From Malacoraja senta (taxonomy: Eukaryota), in the NCBI GenBank assembly GCA_038087875.1, contig CM075993.1, positions 8,558,001 through 8,622,000 on the forward strand: a stretch of DNA of 64,000 bases, read 5' to 3'. Positions 24,232 through 36,795 of this stretch are shown here, one piece after another. The translations under genes were made by a program, and so were the position numbers. How positions within the stretch are numbered: position 1 is the stretch's first letter; each line of letters starts with the position of its first letter. The notes below the pieces were generated by a model. That model worked only from the letters and a program-made list of their open reading frames with translations, was not told where the DNA came from and did no database searches.

Positions 24232-26429
24232 AGCTCAATCCTGACAAGTGCAAGTTCAGGGTTCCAGTGGTCTCCTACGTCGGCCACATCTTCACCCCTG
24301 ATGGCCTCAAACCGGATCCGAAGAAAACTACTGCCATCACAGAAATGCCTGCACCCACTGACGTGAAAGGCCTGCAACGTTTCCTGGGCATGGTAAACTA
24401 TCTAGGAAAGTTCATACCAAACCTCAGCGAACTAAGCTCCACACTGCGGCAGCTGACCAAAAAGGACACTGCATGGTCATGGTTCCAGCAACATCAGGTT
24501 GCCTTTGATGTTCTAAAATCCAAACTGACCAGTGCACCGACCCTGACGTTTTTCGACCTGAAACGTCCGGTGGTGATCACCTGCGATGCCTCAAAATTCA
24601 GGCTCGGCGCAGCCTGCCTGCAACCGTCTGATGATGGCACCCTACTACCTGTCGCATATGCCTCTCGCACCATGACCGACACGGAGCAGCACTACGCGCA
24701 AATCGAAAAGGAACTGCTGGCTGTTGTCTTTGCCTGCTCCAAATTCCACGACTTCGTCTATGGCAACACGTTCACGGTTGAGATGGACCACCAACCACTG
24801 GTGACAATCCTGAACAAGCCTATCCATGCCGCTCCAGCTTGTTTGCAGCGCATGATGATGCAGCTGCAGCGGTACGACTTCTCTATTACCTACACAAAGG
24901 GTAAGGACATGCATGTCGCTGACACACTCTCTCGTGCTCCTCGAGCATCTTGCGAACAACACCTGCATGAACGGGAGAATTTCACGGTTCTCGGTGTCGG
25001 TCTAATCTCCAGCAAGCAACTGCGCATTCTAGCCGCGCACACTGCTAATGATGATACGTTTCAAGCCCTCTCATCCATCATCAAAACAGGCTGGCCAGAC
25101 AAACAATCCAACACGCCCACAGAGGTGCAGCCGTACTTCTTGGTCCGTGATGAACTGGTGGTACAGGATGGTGTTGTCGTTAAGGGTCACAAGGTAGTGG
25201 TACCTTCATCGCTACAAGACGAGTACTTCAAATAGGTACACAGCGGTCACCCAGGAGCCGACTCCACACTGGCACGCGCCCGGGATCTGTTCTACTGGCC
25301 CGGAATGGCCACGTACATCCGGGACCGCGTAGCCTCCTGCCCCACTTGCAACAATCTTGTGCCTCATCAGCAGCGGCAACCCCTTCTGCAACAACCTCCA
25401 CCAGCACTGCCTTGGTTGTCGCTGGCTGCGGACATTTTCGAATGGTGCGGTAAGCACTACCTCGTTCTGGTCGACTCATTTTCCAACTGGTTTGAACTTG
25501 ACCAACTGACCTCCCTCACGTCCGAGATGGTCATCAAGAAGCTGAAAAGACATTTCTCAGACCATGGCGCTCCTGTCATTCTGAGAACCGACAACGGTCC
25601 ACAGTTCACCAGCCACTTGTTCAAGCTTTTCGCAGACCGATGGAACTTCCAGCACGTCACAAGCAGTCCCCAGTATCCACAGAGTAATGGACTCGCTGAA
25701 CGCGCTGTCAGAAGCGCCAAGCACTTGCTGGAGGGAGCGCGCATTTCAAAGTCAGACGTCTATCTCGATCTCCTGAATCTCAGAAACATCGCAAGAGACG
25801 GAACCTTGGGGTCACCAGCACAGCGGCTGCTGTCGAGGGTGACGAGGTCTCCGGTCCCCGTCGCACAACAGCAGCTGGTCCCTCGGGTGTTGAAGCCCGC
25901 CACTATCCAGCAACGTCTCCAAGAGAAGCACGACATCCAGAAACGGTCATATGACAGTTCCAGCAGACCACTCCAGCCTCTACTGCCGGGCCAGGTCGTC
26001 TGTCTACGAACTTCAACTGGACATTCTCGTCTGGGCGTTGTTGTACGCCCGACTGATGAGCCACGATCGTACCTTGTGGACTGTGAGGGAGCAGTATACC
26101 GGAGAAGTCGACAACACCTGCTTGCTGTGAAGGAGCCCCGACCACCGCCTGCTGATCCCTATGCTCCGCCGCTCCAGTTCCAGCCGCCTTTCGCAATGTC
26201 ACCCGCCCGTCCCCGCATGCCTTGCACCCCCCCACGTCCCTCGGTCTCCACTAACCACGGGGTTACACCCACCGCATGTTTCCCCCCTCGGTCACCACAA
26301 TCCTCTCCCGTGCGATTTTCACCTTCAGCCTCTCCGTCTAATCCTTCAGTGGAGGGAGGGGATGGTTGGGTCCGCACGCGCTCGGGCCCTGTGAGTAGAC
26401 CACCAGACAGGTATGGCGAGTATGTTTAA
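24232..26429 (+). pseudogene. Gypsy pol remnant: RT C-terminus, RNase H and integrase, with one in-frame stop at 25233-25235
   Basis: Motifs LNPDKCKF, FLGMVNY, CDAS, YAQIEKELLAV and ADTLSR; HHCC zinc finger (HSGH...CPTC); integrase D-D-E (AADIF, TDNGPQF, GLAERAV). Confidence 0.93.
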
Positions 26430-27701
26430 TACACTTCCTTTCCACATTTAATCTTTAGGGGGAAGGATGTAGATTGATGATGCATGTGAATCAATCACAC
26501 TTAGCCAGCATCACTAACTCCACGCCATTATAACATTTATACTAACGCCCATTCCCAGCACCGTTAGTTGAAGCAGCTAGGATGTACTGACAACACCTCA
26601 TTTTGTAATGCTGCCAAGTTACTGTGCTGATTAAAGATGTGTGTAAATCTTATACAGTTTGAAGTGATTTACAGTGGGAACTGAACGTTCCTTGTGATGT
26701 GCTTGCGATTGGAATGAGGGAGCCAGTGGCTTCATGTATGTCAGCATTGTGTTATTTTGGATCTTGGCCACGTTGTGTTTGAAGCACCCACATGACCAAG
26801 AGCCCAGCCCTGTTGTTGACAGGCAAAGAGCAGACTGAGTGAGCGATGCAGAAACCAAACCTGGGCTTGTGATCAGGCAACATAAAGGCATTGGTCTGGA
26901 AACAGATGAAATGGGGCTGAGATGTAACCAAAACTGGGAGAGAAATCCAGCAGGAGCAATTTTCATTCATTCTGGGAACTCACATTCTCAGCCTCCTTAA
27001 GTTGTGTGAACAGCTTATCCACACAACCCCCGCCATTAGCCACTGAGGCAGACAAGGTGTAGAGCTGGAGTGGGAGGAATGAGGCCATGCGAAGACCAGG
27101 AGATGAGGGGGTGGGGGGGGGGGGGAGGGAAGGGAAGTTAGAGGGGGATTGAAGTGAGGAAACATGGCAGGTTTAAACCCGTGAGCCAGTGTGTTGGATG
27201 AGGGACAAGAAAGGTGGTGTTGGAGAATGTGTGAAAGTCTGAGGAGAGGTTGAAAGTTTTGAGGAGGGTGACAGAACTTGACCCTGAGAAATCCAACTCA
27301 GGAAAGGGTAATTTCCGGTTCTGTGCAAATAATCCAACCATGGAGAATCATCGTGGGAGATGTGATGAAGGACAGGCAACTCCTTGGTCCACTGGGTCAG
27401 TCCATATCTCACCGCCCTCACTCCACCACGTTTTGTGCTCCTTAGTTTGCATTTTCACTCATTAACTGCCCTCAGTAACCAGCTCATGACAACTTATCTT
27501 GAAAGCAACCCTGGCCTCTCCCTTCATTTCTGATTTCATTAAGCACCAGGCCTTAATCTCAAACACCATTACTGAATTCATCACTTCTGGCTGTCTGCCT
27601 TCCACAGCCTCCAACGGTATCATTTCCCGGCCCCGCACAGCCCGTTTTTACATTCTCCCCAAAATCCACAATCACAACTGCCCTGGCAACCCATTGTTTC
27701 T

Positions 27702-28922
27702 CAAATACACTCAAATACACCTGGACCATTTCCGACACTTCCCTACCATTCCTTGACCTCACTATCTCCATCGCAGGTGATAGACTTCTTACCGACATCC
27801 ACTACAAACCTACCGACTCCCATGGCTATCTGGACTACACTTCTTCCCACCCTGCTTCCTGTAAGGACTCCATCCCCCACTCCCAATTCCTCCGTCTATG
27901 CCCCATCTACTCCCAGGATGAGGCGTTCCACACCAGGGCATCCGAAATGTCCTCATTCTTCAGGGAACGGGGGTTCCCCTCCTCCACCATACATGAGGCT
28001 CGCACCAGGGTCTCTGCCATACCCCGCAACACTGCTCTCTCTCCCCATCCCCCACTCACAACAAGGGCAGAGTCCCCCTAGTCCTCACCTTTCACCCCAC
28101 CAGCCGTCACATACAAGTGATCCTCCGTCAGTTTTGCCACCTCCAACGTGACCCCACCACTCGCCACATCTTCCCATCTCCCCCCATGTCTGCCTTCCGC
28201 AAAGACCGCTCCCTCCGTAACTCCCTTGTCAATTCTTCCCTTCCCTCCCGTACCACCCCCTCCCCGGGTACTTTCCCTTGCAACCGCAAGAGATGCAACA
28301 CTTGTCCCTTCACCTCTCCCCTCGACTCCATTCAAGGACCTAAGCAGTCGTTCCAGGTGCGACAGAGGTTCACCTGCATCTCCTCCAACCTCATCTATTG
28401 CATCCGCTGCTCTAGATGCCAGCTCATCTACATCGGTGAGACCAAGCGGAGGCTTGGCGATCGTTTCGCCGAACACCTCCGGTCGGTCCGCAATAACCAA
28501 CCTGACCTCCCGGTGGCTCAGCACTTCAACTCCCCCTCCCATTCCGTATCTGACCTCTCTGTCCTGGGTCTCCTCCATGGCCACAGCGAGCAACACCGGA
28601 AATTGGAGGAAATCCACCTCATATTCCGCTTGGGCAGTCTACATCCTGGGGGCTTGAACATTGAATTCTCCCAATTCTGCTAGCCCTTGCTGTCCCCTCC
28701 CCTTCATCAGCCCTCTGGTTGTCTCCTCCCCTCCCCCAGCCCTCGGGCTCCTCCTCCGCCTTTTTTCCTTTCTTCTCCTCACCCCCTATCAGTCTGAAGA
28801 AGGGTATCGTCCCGAAACGTTGCCTATTTCCTTCGCTCCATAGATGCTGCTGCACCCGCTGAGTTTCTCCAGCATTTTTGTGTACCTTCGATTTTCCAGC
28901 ATCTGCAGTTCCTTCTTTAACA
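27702..28922 (+). mobile_element. Younger 5'-truncated Penelope-like element with an open GIY-YIG endonuclease region
   Basis: ORF 28117-28683 has NLIYCIRCSRCQLIYIGETKRRLGDRFAEH and ends GLNIEF. Flanked by the 15-bp duplication CAACCCATTGTTTCT (27687-27701 and 28923-28937). Confidence 0.92.
28790..28826 (+). ncRNA. Minimal type I hammerhead ribozyme motif in the PLE terminal repeat
   Basis: CTGAAGA (28794-28800), stem II GGG/CCC, GAAA (28814-28817), then CGTT. Matches the CUGANGA...GAAA core with the short palindromic stem III known from Penelope elements. Confidence 0.7.
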
Positions 28923-31899
28923 CAACCCATTGTTTCTGCCTGCTCCTGTCCCATGGAAATGATTTCCACGTACCTCGACTGCATCCTATTCCCCCTGGTC
29001 CAATCTCTCCCAACCTATGACCAAGATACCTCACATGCCCTTCGTCTCTTTAATGACTTTTGCTTTCCGTGCCCCCACTCCCTCATCTTTACTATCGACG
29101 TTCAGTTACTCAACACCTCCCTCCCTCACCAGGAAGGCCTTAACGCCCTCTGTTTCTTCCTCGACCACAGAACCATCCAATTTCCCTCTACTAACAGTCT
29201 ACTCTGCCTAGCAGAGCTGGTCCTCCCCTCAATAACTTCTCCATTGACTCCTCCCACTTCCTCCAAGTCCAAGGCGTGGCTATGGGCACCCGCATGGGCC
29301 CCAGCTATGCCTGCCTCTTTGTACGGTACGTTGAACAATCCCTGTTCCAGGCATACACTGGCCCTATCCCCGAACTCTATCTCCGTTACATTGATGACTG
29401 CATTGGTGCTACCTCCTGCACCCATGCAGAACTCATGGACTTCATCAACTTCATCACCAATTTTTATCCTGCACTCAAATTTACTTGGACATCTCCGACA
29501 CCTTCCTCCCCTTTCTTGATCTCACAGTCTCCATTACAGGTAATAGACTATTGACTGACGTCTATTACAAACCCACTGACTCCCACAACTATCTCGACTA
29601 CACTTCTTCCCACCCTGCTTCCTGCAAAGACTCTATCCCCTACTTCCAATTCCTCCGTCTACGCCACATCTGCGCCCAAGATGAGGTGTTCCATACGAGA
29701 ACATACATGATGTCCTCATTCTTTAGGGAACGTGGGCTTCCCCTCTCCCATCACAGATGAGGCCCTCACTCGTGTCTCCTCGGTACCCCACAGCCTTGCT
29801 CTTGCATCCCCTCCCCCTAGTCACAATAGAGACAGAGTCCCCCTAGTCCTTACCTTCCACCCATCAGCCGTCGCATACAACACATAATCCTCCGAAATTT
29901 CCGCCACCTCCAACGGGATCCCACCACGAGTCACATTTTCCCATCTCTACCCCTATCCACCCGCAGAGACCGTTCCCTCCGCAACTCCCTGGTTTACTCA
30001 TCCCTTCCCACCCCCTCCCCAGGTACCTACCTCTGCAACCTCAGAAGATGCAACACCTGCCGCTATACCTCCTCCCTCGACTCTGTCCAGGGACCCCGAC
30101 AGTCCTTTCACGTTAGACAGAGGTTCACTTGCACCTCCTCCAACCTCACCTACGGTATCCGTTGTTCAAGATGTGGACTCTTATACATCAGCAAGACCAT
30201 TCGCAGACTGGGCGATCGTTTCGCGGAACACCTTTGCTCAGCCCGCCTGAACCAACCTGATCACCCTACAAACAGCTTACAATGGCCTGTTTCCTTTATC
30301 ATCGTTACTTTTTTGCATTCATTGTTCTTTATCTCTCCACATCACCGTCTATATCTCATGTTTCCCTTATCCCTAACCAGTCTGAAGAAGGGTCGCGACC
30401 CTAAACGTCACCCATTTCTTCTCTCCAGAGATGCTACCTGTCCCGCTGAGTTACTCCAGCTTTTTGTGTCTATCTTCAGTTCAATGGGATCTGGCTTCAG
30501 AATCCGGTCTATGGGAATCCCTCCCTTTCTCCCTTTGCCTGTTCCCATTGACCAGAAGATGTGTTCCACAGAGATGGCACTGGGATAACAAGGCTGGTGA
30601 GTGACAAGCTCCAGCTGGAACCCTGGAAACACCTCAGCAAACAACTTGTACACAGACAAACGGAAATGTTGTTGCTCCATCCCTCTTCTCCTTTATTAGG
30701 ACCCATGGGCAATTCCTTGTAGAACAATTGGGAGGCAGGAAATTACACAACAAAGAGCCAAGGGACAAATCAACCAACACCTCATCATCAACACTCAGTA
30801 TTCATTTATCTTCTCTTTCCATCAACATCATAGAAACATACCCATTATCCTTTCAAAACATATCTTACCCTCTCGAGGCTGCATCCAATCATCCTCGAGA
30901 AAGCGGTGCCAACTTTTATGAACAGCTTACATGACAGGAGTGCCACAGGGATTCCTACAGAGCCTAAAGCACATTGTGATAGTCACATGGCACAGAAACA
31001 GGTCCTTTGGCCCACCAAGTCCCATGCCTAAGATTGAACACGCTTCGAACCCAATGTGCCTAATGATAGGTGATCTCATGCCACAGATGGTTTCATTGTT
31101 CCTAATATATAGAATGGAGGCAAAGGCCAAAATGTTGTACACTCTCCCTTAAATAAAGCAGCTCGATAGGTCATTTAAAACCTGATTATTGGATAATTGT
31201 TGAGTGGATAAAAAGAAATGGAATTAAAGCAGGTGAACATACTTGAGAAAGACAGGCAGGAACGGGGTACTGATTGGGGATGATCAGCCATGATCACATT
31301 GAATGGCGGTGCTGGCTCGAAGGGCCAAATGGCCTACTCCTGCACCTATTGTCTATTGTCTATTGTCTAAGACATCGGCCCTGAACTCACTAAATTGTAA
31401 ACAGGAATGAGGAAACAATTACCCTGCCTCTGATTCTATTTTCCTAATAGCTGATTTGTGTTGCATTTGAATTTAAACAAAGCACTGTGTGCAAGCATTC
31501 TTTTATATATGAATGCAAATGCAAGGCATAGACAAATTTCTCTGCCAGTGGATTCACCACAAGTCATGTTTCAGAGTGGACCAGTGTCAAGTGAGATTGC
31601 ACTATGCTTGATTTTAATCTTTCCCGGTGCGATGGTGCTCTGCATCTCCAACAAACATCCTGATGGAGCGGTGCTAATCCACAGGGTAAGTAGGAAATTG
31701 ATCAACTGTAGCAACTCCCCTTCAGAATCACAATCAGCCCAACCTCACTGTACCGACTGTACATGGATGGGGTGTGGCTGAAGGATGGGGTGTAGCTAAA
31801 GACCCTTCCCATATTTTGTAGCTACCTCTGGGCAAAAAGCAGACATCAGCGATCAGAGATACTGAGAAATGTCAGAAATGTGAGTTGCTGAAATTATGA

Positions 31900-33100
31900 A
31901 AATTAGATGTTGTGTATGAACCACTGGATGCGACCCTCAGAATCAGAATCAGAATAAAATACGAACATTGAGCAAGGTGGTTCAATCAAAAGAGTCTTTG
32001 GTATGACCTGGCTAAAGAATAGAGGGTGGGTGAAAAGATTATACTATTCATTGAGGTGTCTAGCAGATTAACCAGATCAAACAAGAAGGTGCCATTATAT
32101 CTGATTGATAAAATGGAGGGATTGTTGTACCAACCTCTGGAGAAGGAAGTTGATGTGTTCCAAATGGGTTGCAACCTGCCCAATTCCCAGTTCTTCACCA
32201 GCACTCAATGGCAGGGAGAATTCTTAGATAGTTTCTCGAGAAATATGACTGAGATGTTGCTGGTTTGAAAGACTCACTGGTCAGAGATTGGGTGGTTTGC
32301 AAGATCCAGGAACCCAGGTTGGGGCAGGGGTGCTGTTTGCGACAGATGCCACTCCAGGAAAGTGCACTCAGACATGCAGAGCTGTGGAACTCTGGAAAGC
32401 CAGGTTGGAAATGTTGCCGGTACGTGCGGTAAGGCAAGTGGCAGAACGGGCTACAGGCAATGTAGCCTGAATGTAATCCGTATTTGGATAGCAGTTAAGA
32501 CCTGAGGAAGAAATGCCCCATGTTGGAAAGTTTGGTTTGATGTGGATTGAAACATCTTCCCTACAAACAGAGCACAGTGAAGGAGGTATCAAAAATCCAC
32601 AGAGAGGGTGAGCTGTGTGGGACAGTTAGCAGCTCGGGAACAGAACACAACGTGAAGATAATGTACCTGGTACCAATCAAGGTTGACTTTGAGAAAGGAA
32701 CACCTACTAACAGTAATTTCCACGACTAGTGACATTCCAACCTGATCCAGGAATAACTCACTAGAAACCAATGATCCATGTGTTATGAATACACCAAGAG
32801 AGGGTGGGAAATGGTCTGTAAAAGTGGAGAACATCAGGCTTCAAGCGAGCAAGGGCATGGATATCATTGCTGGGACCACAACACATTGACATCATGATCA
32901 GATCACCAAGGTTGCTTCAACCCAAGTAATGACCAGCCATCCAGCTCAAAGATGAATGTCCATATTGTTTATGGAACAGGGAAGTACAAGAAGCAGGAGG
33001 GGAGGAGAAGCTGGGATCAGTTGAAGAAAAGACAGGCACACCATTGTCTAAGGTTGAGCACTGTCAAACGTTGGAGACAATATGAGATTGAAGCCCAATT
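31900..33100 (+). mobile_element. Possible ancient Gypsy gag/protease relic
   Basis: GLQD...PGKCTQTCRAVE resembles the gag motif (L.LEKA..ICRA.E) also seen at 24130-24205. Heavily decayed. Confidence 0.35.
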
Positions 33101-34002
33101 CCAACCAGTGATGGTAGTGAGAGAAGGTGGTGGTAATGTGACACAAAAATGAGTCCGACCTGCTTCCACAAGGGTAAATCTTGGAAAGCAGCTGGACCGG
33201 ATGGAGTCCCTCTATAGGTTCTGAAATCATGCACCAATCAACTGGCCACAGTCTTCGCTGCATCTTCAACCTCTCATTTCAACAGTCTACTATCCCAATC
33301 CACTTGAAAGAAACCTCCATCATGCCAGTTGCCAAGAAAAGTAAAGTGATCTGTTTCAATGACTACCACCTAGTATCTCTAATATTAACCATGATGAAGT
33401 GCTTTGAAAAATTTGTACTGGCCCACATCTGCACAAGCCTCTTGGATAATCTAGACAACTTGCAATTTGTGCACAGGAAAAATAGGTCAATGTAGTACGT
33501 CATCTCCCTTGCATCACATTGAGCTTTGGATCACCTTGTTAATCTGAAAACCTATCTGAAAATCAGGATGCTATTCATTGAATGTAGCTGAGCCTTCAAC
33601 AGCATAATCTATATTACTAAAAGTCTGATATTGACCACTTCCTGTTGTTCTGTATATTGATTTTAGAAAAAACGCTGCCACTTACGGCTGTGATTTTTGG
33701 GCCATCTTACTCAGAGTCCCCCTCTTCTGCACAGGACAAGAGGATTTTTCCCATCGATTAAAAATAAAAGAGTTATTAGCGTTTAAATTTTTTTTGAGAT
33801 TCTCTCTCCTGAAGGCCACGCCCCTTCCGGAGGGACTATAAAACCTGGAAGTGTTGAGTGCCTCAGTCAGTCTCTGCAAGATGGGGGGAGCGAGAGGGTC
33901 ACGTCCCTCAGTCTGAGCTGTGAATAACACTGAACACATGTCTACTAAACTGTGAGTGGTTTTACTGACCTGTCAGTGCCCTTAATGTGGTTTGAAAATA
34001 TA

Positions 34003-34260
34003 GTTTGGAAATGCTAAAGCTGTCTTGCCTTTGGTTTGGAAATGCTAAAGCTGTGTTGCCTTTGATTTGGAAATGCTAAAGCTGTGTTGCCTTTGGTTTG
34101 GAAATGCTAAAGCTGTGTTGCCTTTGGTTTGGAAATGCTAAAGCTGTGTTGCCTATGGTTTGGAAATGCTAAAGCTGTGTTGCCTAATTAAAGTTGCCTT
34201 GCCTAATTAAAGTTGCCTTCTCTAATTAAAGTTGCCTTGCCTAATGAAAGTTGCCTTGCC
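34003..34260. repeat. Minisatellites: about 6 x 31 bp followed by about 4 x 19 bp
   Basis: Units GTTTGGAAATGCTAAAGCTGTGTTGCCTTTG and AATTAAAGTTGCCTTGCCT. Confidence 0.92.
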
Positions 34261-34586
34261 TTCTATATAATTAAAAGTCTAATCTTGACTTCTTGTTTGC
34301 GCTTTATATTGATTTTAGAAAGAACGCTACCACATACGGATGTGATTTTTGGCCATCTTACGCAGAGTCCCCCTCTGCTCATCAGGTGCCGAGGATTTTT
34401 CCCATCGATGAAAAATAAAAGAGTTATTAGTGTTTAAAAAATGTTGAGATTCTCTCTCCTGTCAATCATGCCATGAAGACCACGCCCCTTCTGGTGGGAG
34501 GGGGGGGACTATGAAACCCAGAAGTGTGGGCATGGCTCAGTCTCTGCAAGATGGAGGAGGGAGAGGTCACGACTCGCTGTCTTTAG

Positions 34587-34705
34587 TGGCCTTGCACCCT
34601 GCTTGAAATGGTATGAAACTGCACTTGAATTTGGTGGCCTTGCACCCTGCTTGAAGTGGTAAGAAACTGCACTTGAATTTGGTGGCCTTGCACCCTGCTT
34701 GAAAT
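34587..34705. repeat. 48-bp tandem repeat, about 2.5 copies
   Basis: TGGCCTTGCACCCTGCTTGAAATGGTATGAAACTGCACTTGAATTTGG repeated. Confidence 0.9.
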
Positions 34706-36129
34706 GGGTAAATTCAATGGGTGAGTCAACTGCCAGCCCACCAGCCGTGAGTGAGTGAGCTGCCAGCACAACAGGCTTGAGTGACTGAGCCCCCAGCCTA
34801 AGAATCCATTCGGCCCACAATGTCCATACAAGCCCTCTGGAAACCAGTCCCTTCAGCCCACAACACCCATACTAGCGCTCCAGAAAGCCCCTCCCCCCCC
34901 CCCCCCCACTGGCCACCTCGAATTGGTGGAGAGGTGGAATATTGCGTTGGGGACCAGCCCTCCCGTGTGATGCTGGTCACATATAAACGCATGCCTAAAC
35001 TTCTGGACCTTAGCCTTGGGCATCCATCTGCATCTGGCTTTTTGACTTCTTGACTGATAGATCTGTTTGTTAGAATTGGTCATATTTCCTCCACTCTGAC
35101 CCTCACCACTTGTGCACCTCAGTGTTGTGTGCTCACTCCTCTGCTCACCAATGACTGCATGGCCAAGTGCAGCGCCACCACAAACTTTAAGTTTGCCAAT
35201 GTTGTCAGCCGGATCAGCATGAATAATGAAACAAAGTACAGGAAAGAGATCGAGAACCTTGTATCATGGTGTCAGAACAACGACCTAATCACTAACGTCA
35301 GCAAGTTATAAGATTAGGTTGTTGACCTAAGAGAGTGAGGAGGTGAACACAATACTGTCATCATCAACAGAGCTGCTCTAAGATTAACAACAGCTTCATG
35401 TTTCTAGGCATCCATATCACCAGCAACACAATCCCATTCCCTCATACTAATGCAGTAATAAAGAAAATGATCAGCACATTTTATTTCTTTGGCATCTGAA
35501 AAGAATTGGCATATTCACGGGGATTCTGTCAAACTTCTACTGATGCGCTATAGAATCCGTTTTGATAGGATGCTTCTCAGCACGGTATGGCAACTGCTCC
35601 ACTCCTGAACTCATTGAAACTACAGAGAGTGGTGAACACAGCCCAGTCCATCACAAGCTCGGTATTTCCTTCCCTCCAGACCAGATTCACAGTGCACTGC
35701 ATCAGGAAGCTTGGATGTATCGTCAAGGATATCTGCCGCCCTGGCCATTCCCCTTTTGTCCGTCTTCTACCTTCCGGGAGAAGATACAGGTGTTTGAACG
35801 CTAGGACGTCCAGATTTAAAAACAGCTTCTTCCCTACGGCTATCAGACTCCCTAACCAATCACCTCATTCACATTCCCTTCCTGATGGGGCTACCACATG
35901 TATCATGTATCTATACACTGTAAATGGCTCGATTGTAATCATGTATTGTCTTTCTGCTGACTGGATAGCACACGACAAAAGCTTTTCAGTGTACCTGTGT
36001 ACACGTGACCCTAAACTTAACTGAAACTACTCTTACTCATAATTCTACCACATATGGATATTCTGTTATGTACTTCAGTAATTTTTTCGCACTACTTCTG
36101 ATTGCAGTACAATCTAAATACCATTCTAC

Positions 36130-36795
36130 AGTTTAGAGATACAACATGGAAACAGGCCCTTCGGCCCATTGGGTCCACGCTGAAAAGCCAATTAGGATCT
36201 AGACACAAAATGTTTCTCCAGAGATGCTGCCTGATCCACTGAGTTACTCCAGCATTTTGTGTCTATCTTCGGTGTAAATCAGCATCTGCAGTTCCTTTCT
36301 ACACATTTAACCTACAAACCTGCTCGTCTTTGGTATGTGGGAAGAAGCCGGAGCACCCAGAGAAAACCCACACGGTCACTAGGAGAATATACAAACTCCG
36401 TACAGACAGCACCCGTAGTTAGGATTGAACCCGGGTCTCTGACACTGTAAGGAGGCAACTCTACCACTGTGCTACTTTTAGTTTAGTTTAGAGATAGAGT
36501 GCGGAAACAGACTCTTCGGCCCACCGAGCCCGCACCGACCAGCGATCCACGGACATTAACACTATCCTACACACATTAGGGACAGTTTACACAAACACCA
36601 AGCCCATTAACCTACATACCTATACATCCTTGGAGTGTGGGAGGAAACCGAAGTTCTCGGAGAAAACCCACGAGGTCATGGTGAGAAAGTACAAACATCG
36701 TACAGACTTCACCCGTAGTTGGGATCGAAATCGGGTCACTGGTGCTGCAAGCACTGTAAGGCAGCAACTCTATCACTGTGTCACTGTGGCCGCCC
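36130..36795 (-). mobile_element. Two adjacent HE1/V-SINE-like SINEs; the first is interrupted by a PLE-derived fragment
   Basis: Two reverse-complement SINE bodies at about 36130-36475 and 36480-36795, with a PLE terminal piece at about 36200-36305. Confidence 0.8.

Larger units (their letters stand above)
23204..26673 (+). mobile_element. Ty3/Gypsy LTR retrotransposon, internally deleted and partly inverted
   Basis: 206-bp TG...CA LTRs at 23204-23409 and 26468-26673 with 4 differences counted by eye. 5-bp TSD GTGGG at 23199-23203 and 26674-26678. PBS at 23410 and PPT AGGGGGAAGGA at 26457-26467. RT, RNase H and integrase motifs present. Confidence 0.97.
27480..30482 (+). mobile_element. Older Penelope-like element (RT and GIY-YIG remnants) hosting a nested PLE
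   Basis: RFYILPKIH..CPG.P continues after the insert as PIVSACSCP. Also GVAMGTRMGPSYA, LRYIDD and YKPTDSHNYLDY. PLE terminal sequence at 30300-30482. Confidence 0.88.
33608..34980 (+). mobile_element. Non-autonomous Helitron-like composite element (two 5' ends, internal minisatellites, no clear CTAG 3' end)
   Basis: Starts A|TCTATATTACTAAAAGTC, with a second similar start TCTATATAATTAAAAGTC at 34262 followed by about 300 bp homologous to the first. No TSD or TIR seen. Confidence 0.6.
33160..36030 (+). mobile_element. Rex1/Babar-like LINE RT fragment split by a Helitron-like insertion
   Basis: IFNLSFQQSTIP...NDYHLVSL...MKCFEK...LQF before 33607. KLLDLSLG, CVLTPLL, FKFAN and LLPSGRRYR...RFKNSFFPTAIRL after 34980. 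Confidence 0.8.

Noticed and set aside
31630..31670. TCC-TGA-T motif as an antizyme (OAZ2) +1 frameshift site, since OAZ2 neighbours ZNF609 in mammals
   Set aside because: The flanks lack the conserved antizyme context (TGGTGCTCCTGATG plus pseudoknot) and no antizyme-like peptide was found.
34003..34705. Short regular repeats as a CRISPR-like array
   Set aside because: The units are contiguous with no unique spacers and lie in a vertebrate transposon-like element; there are no cas genes.
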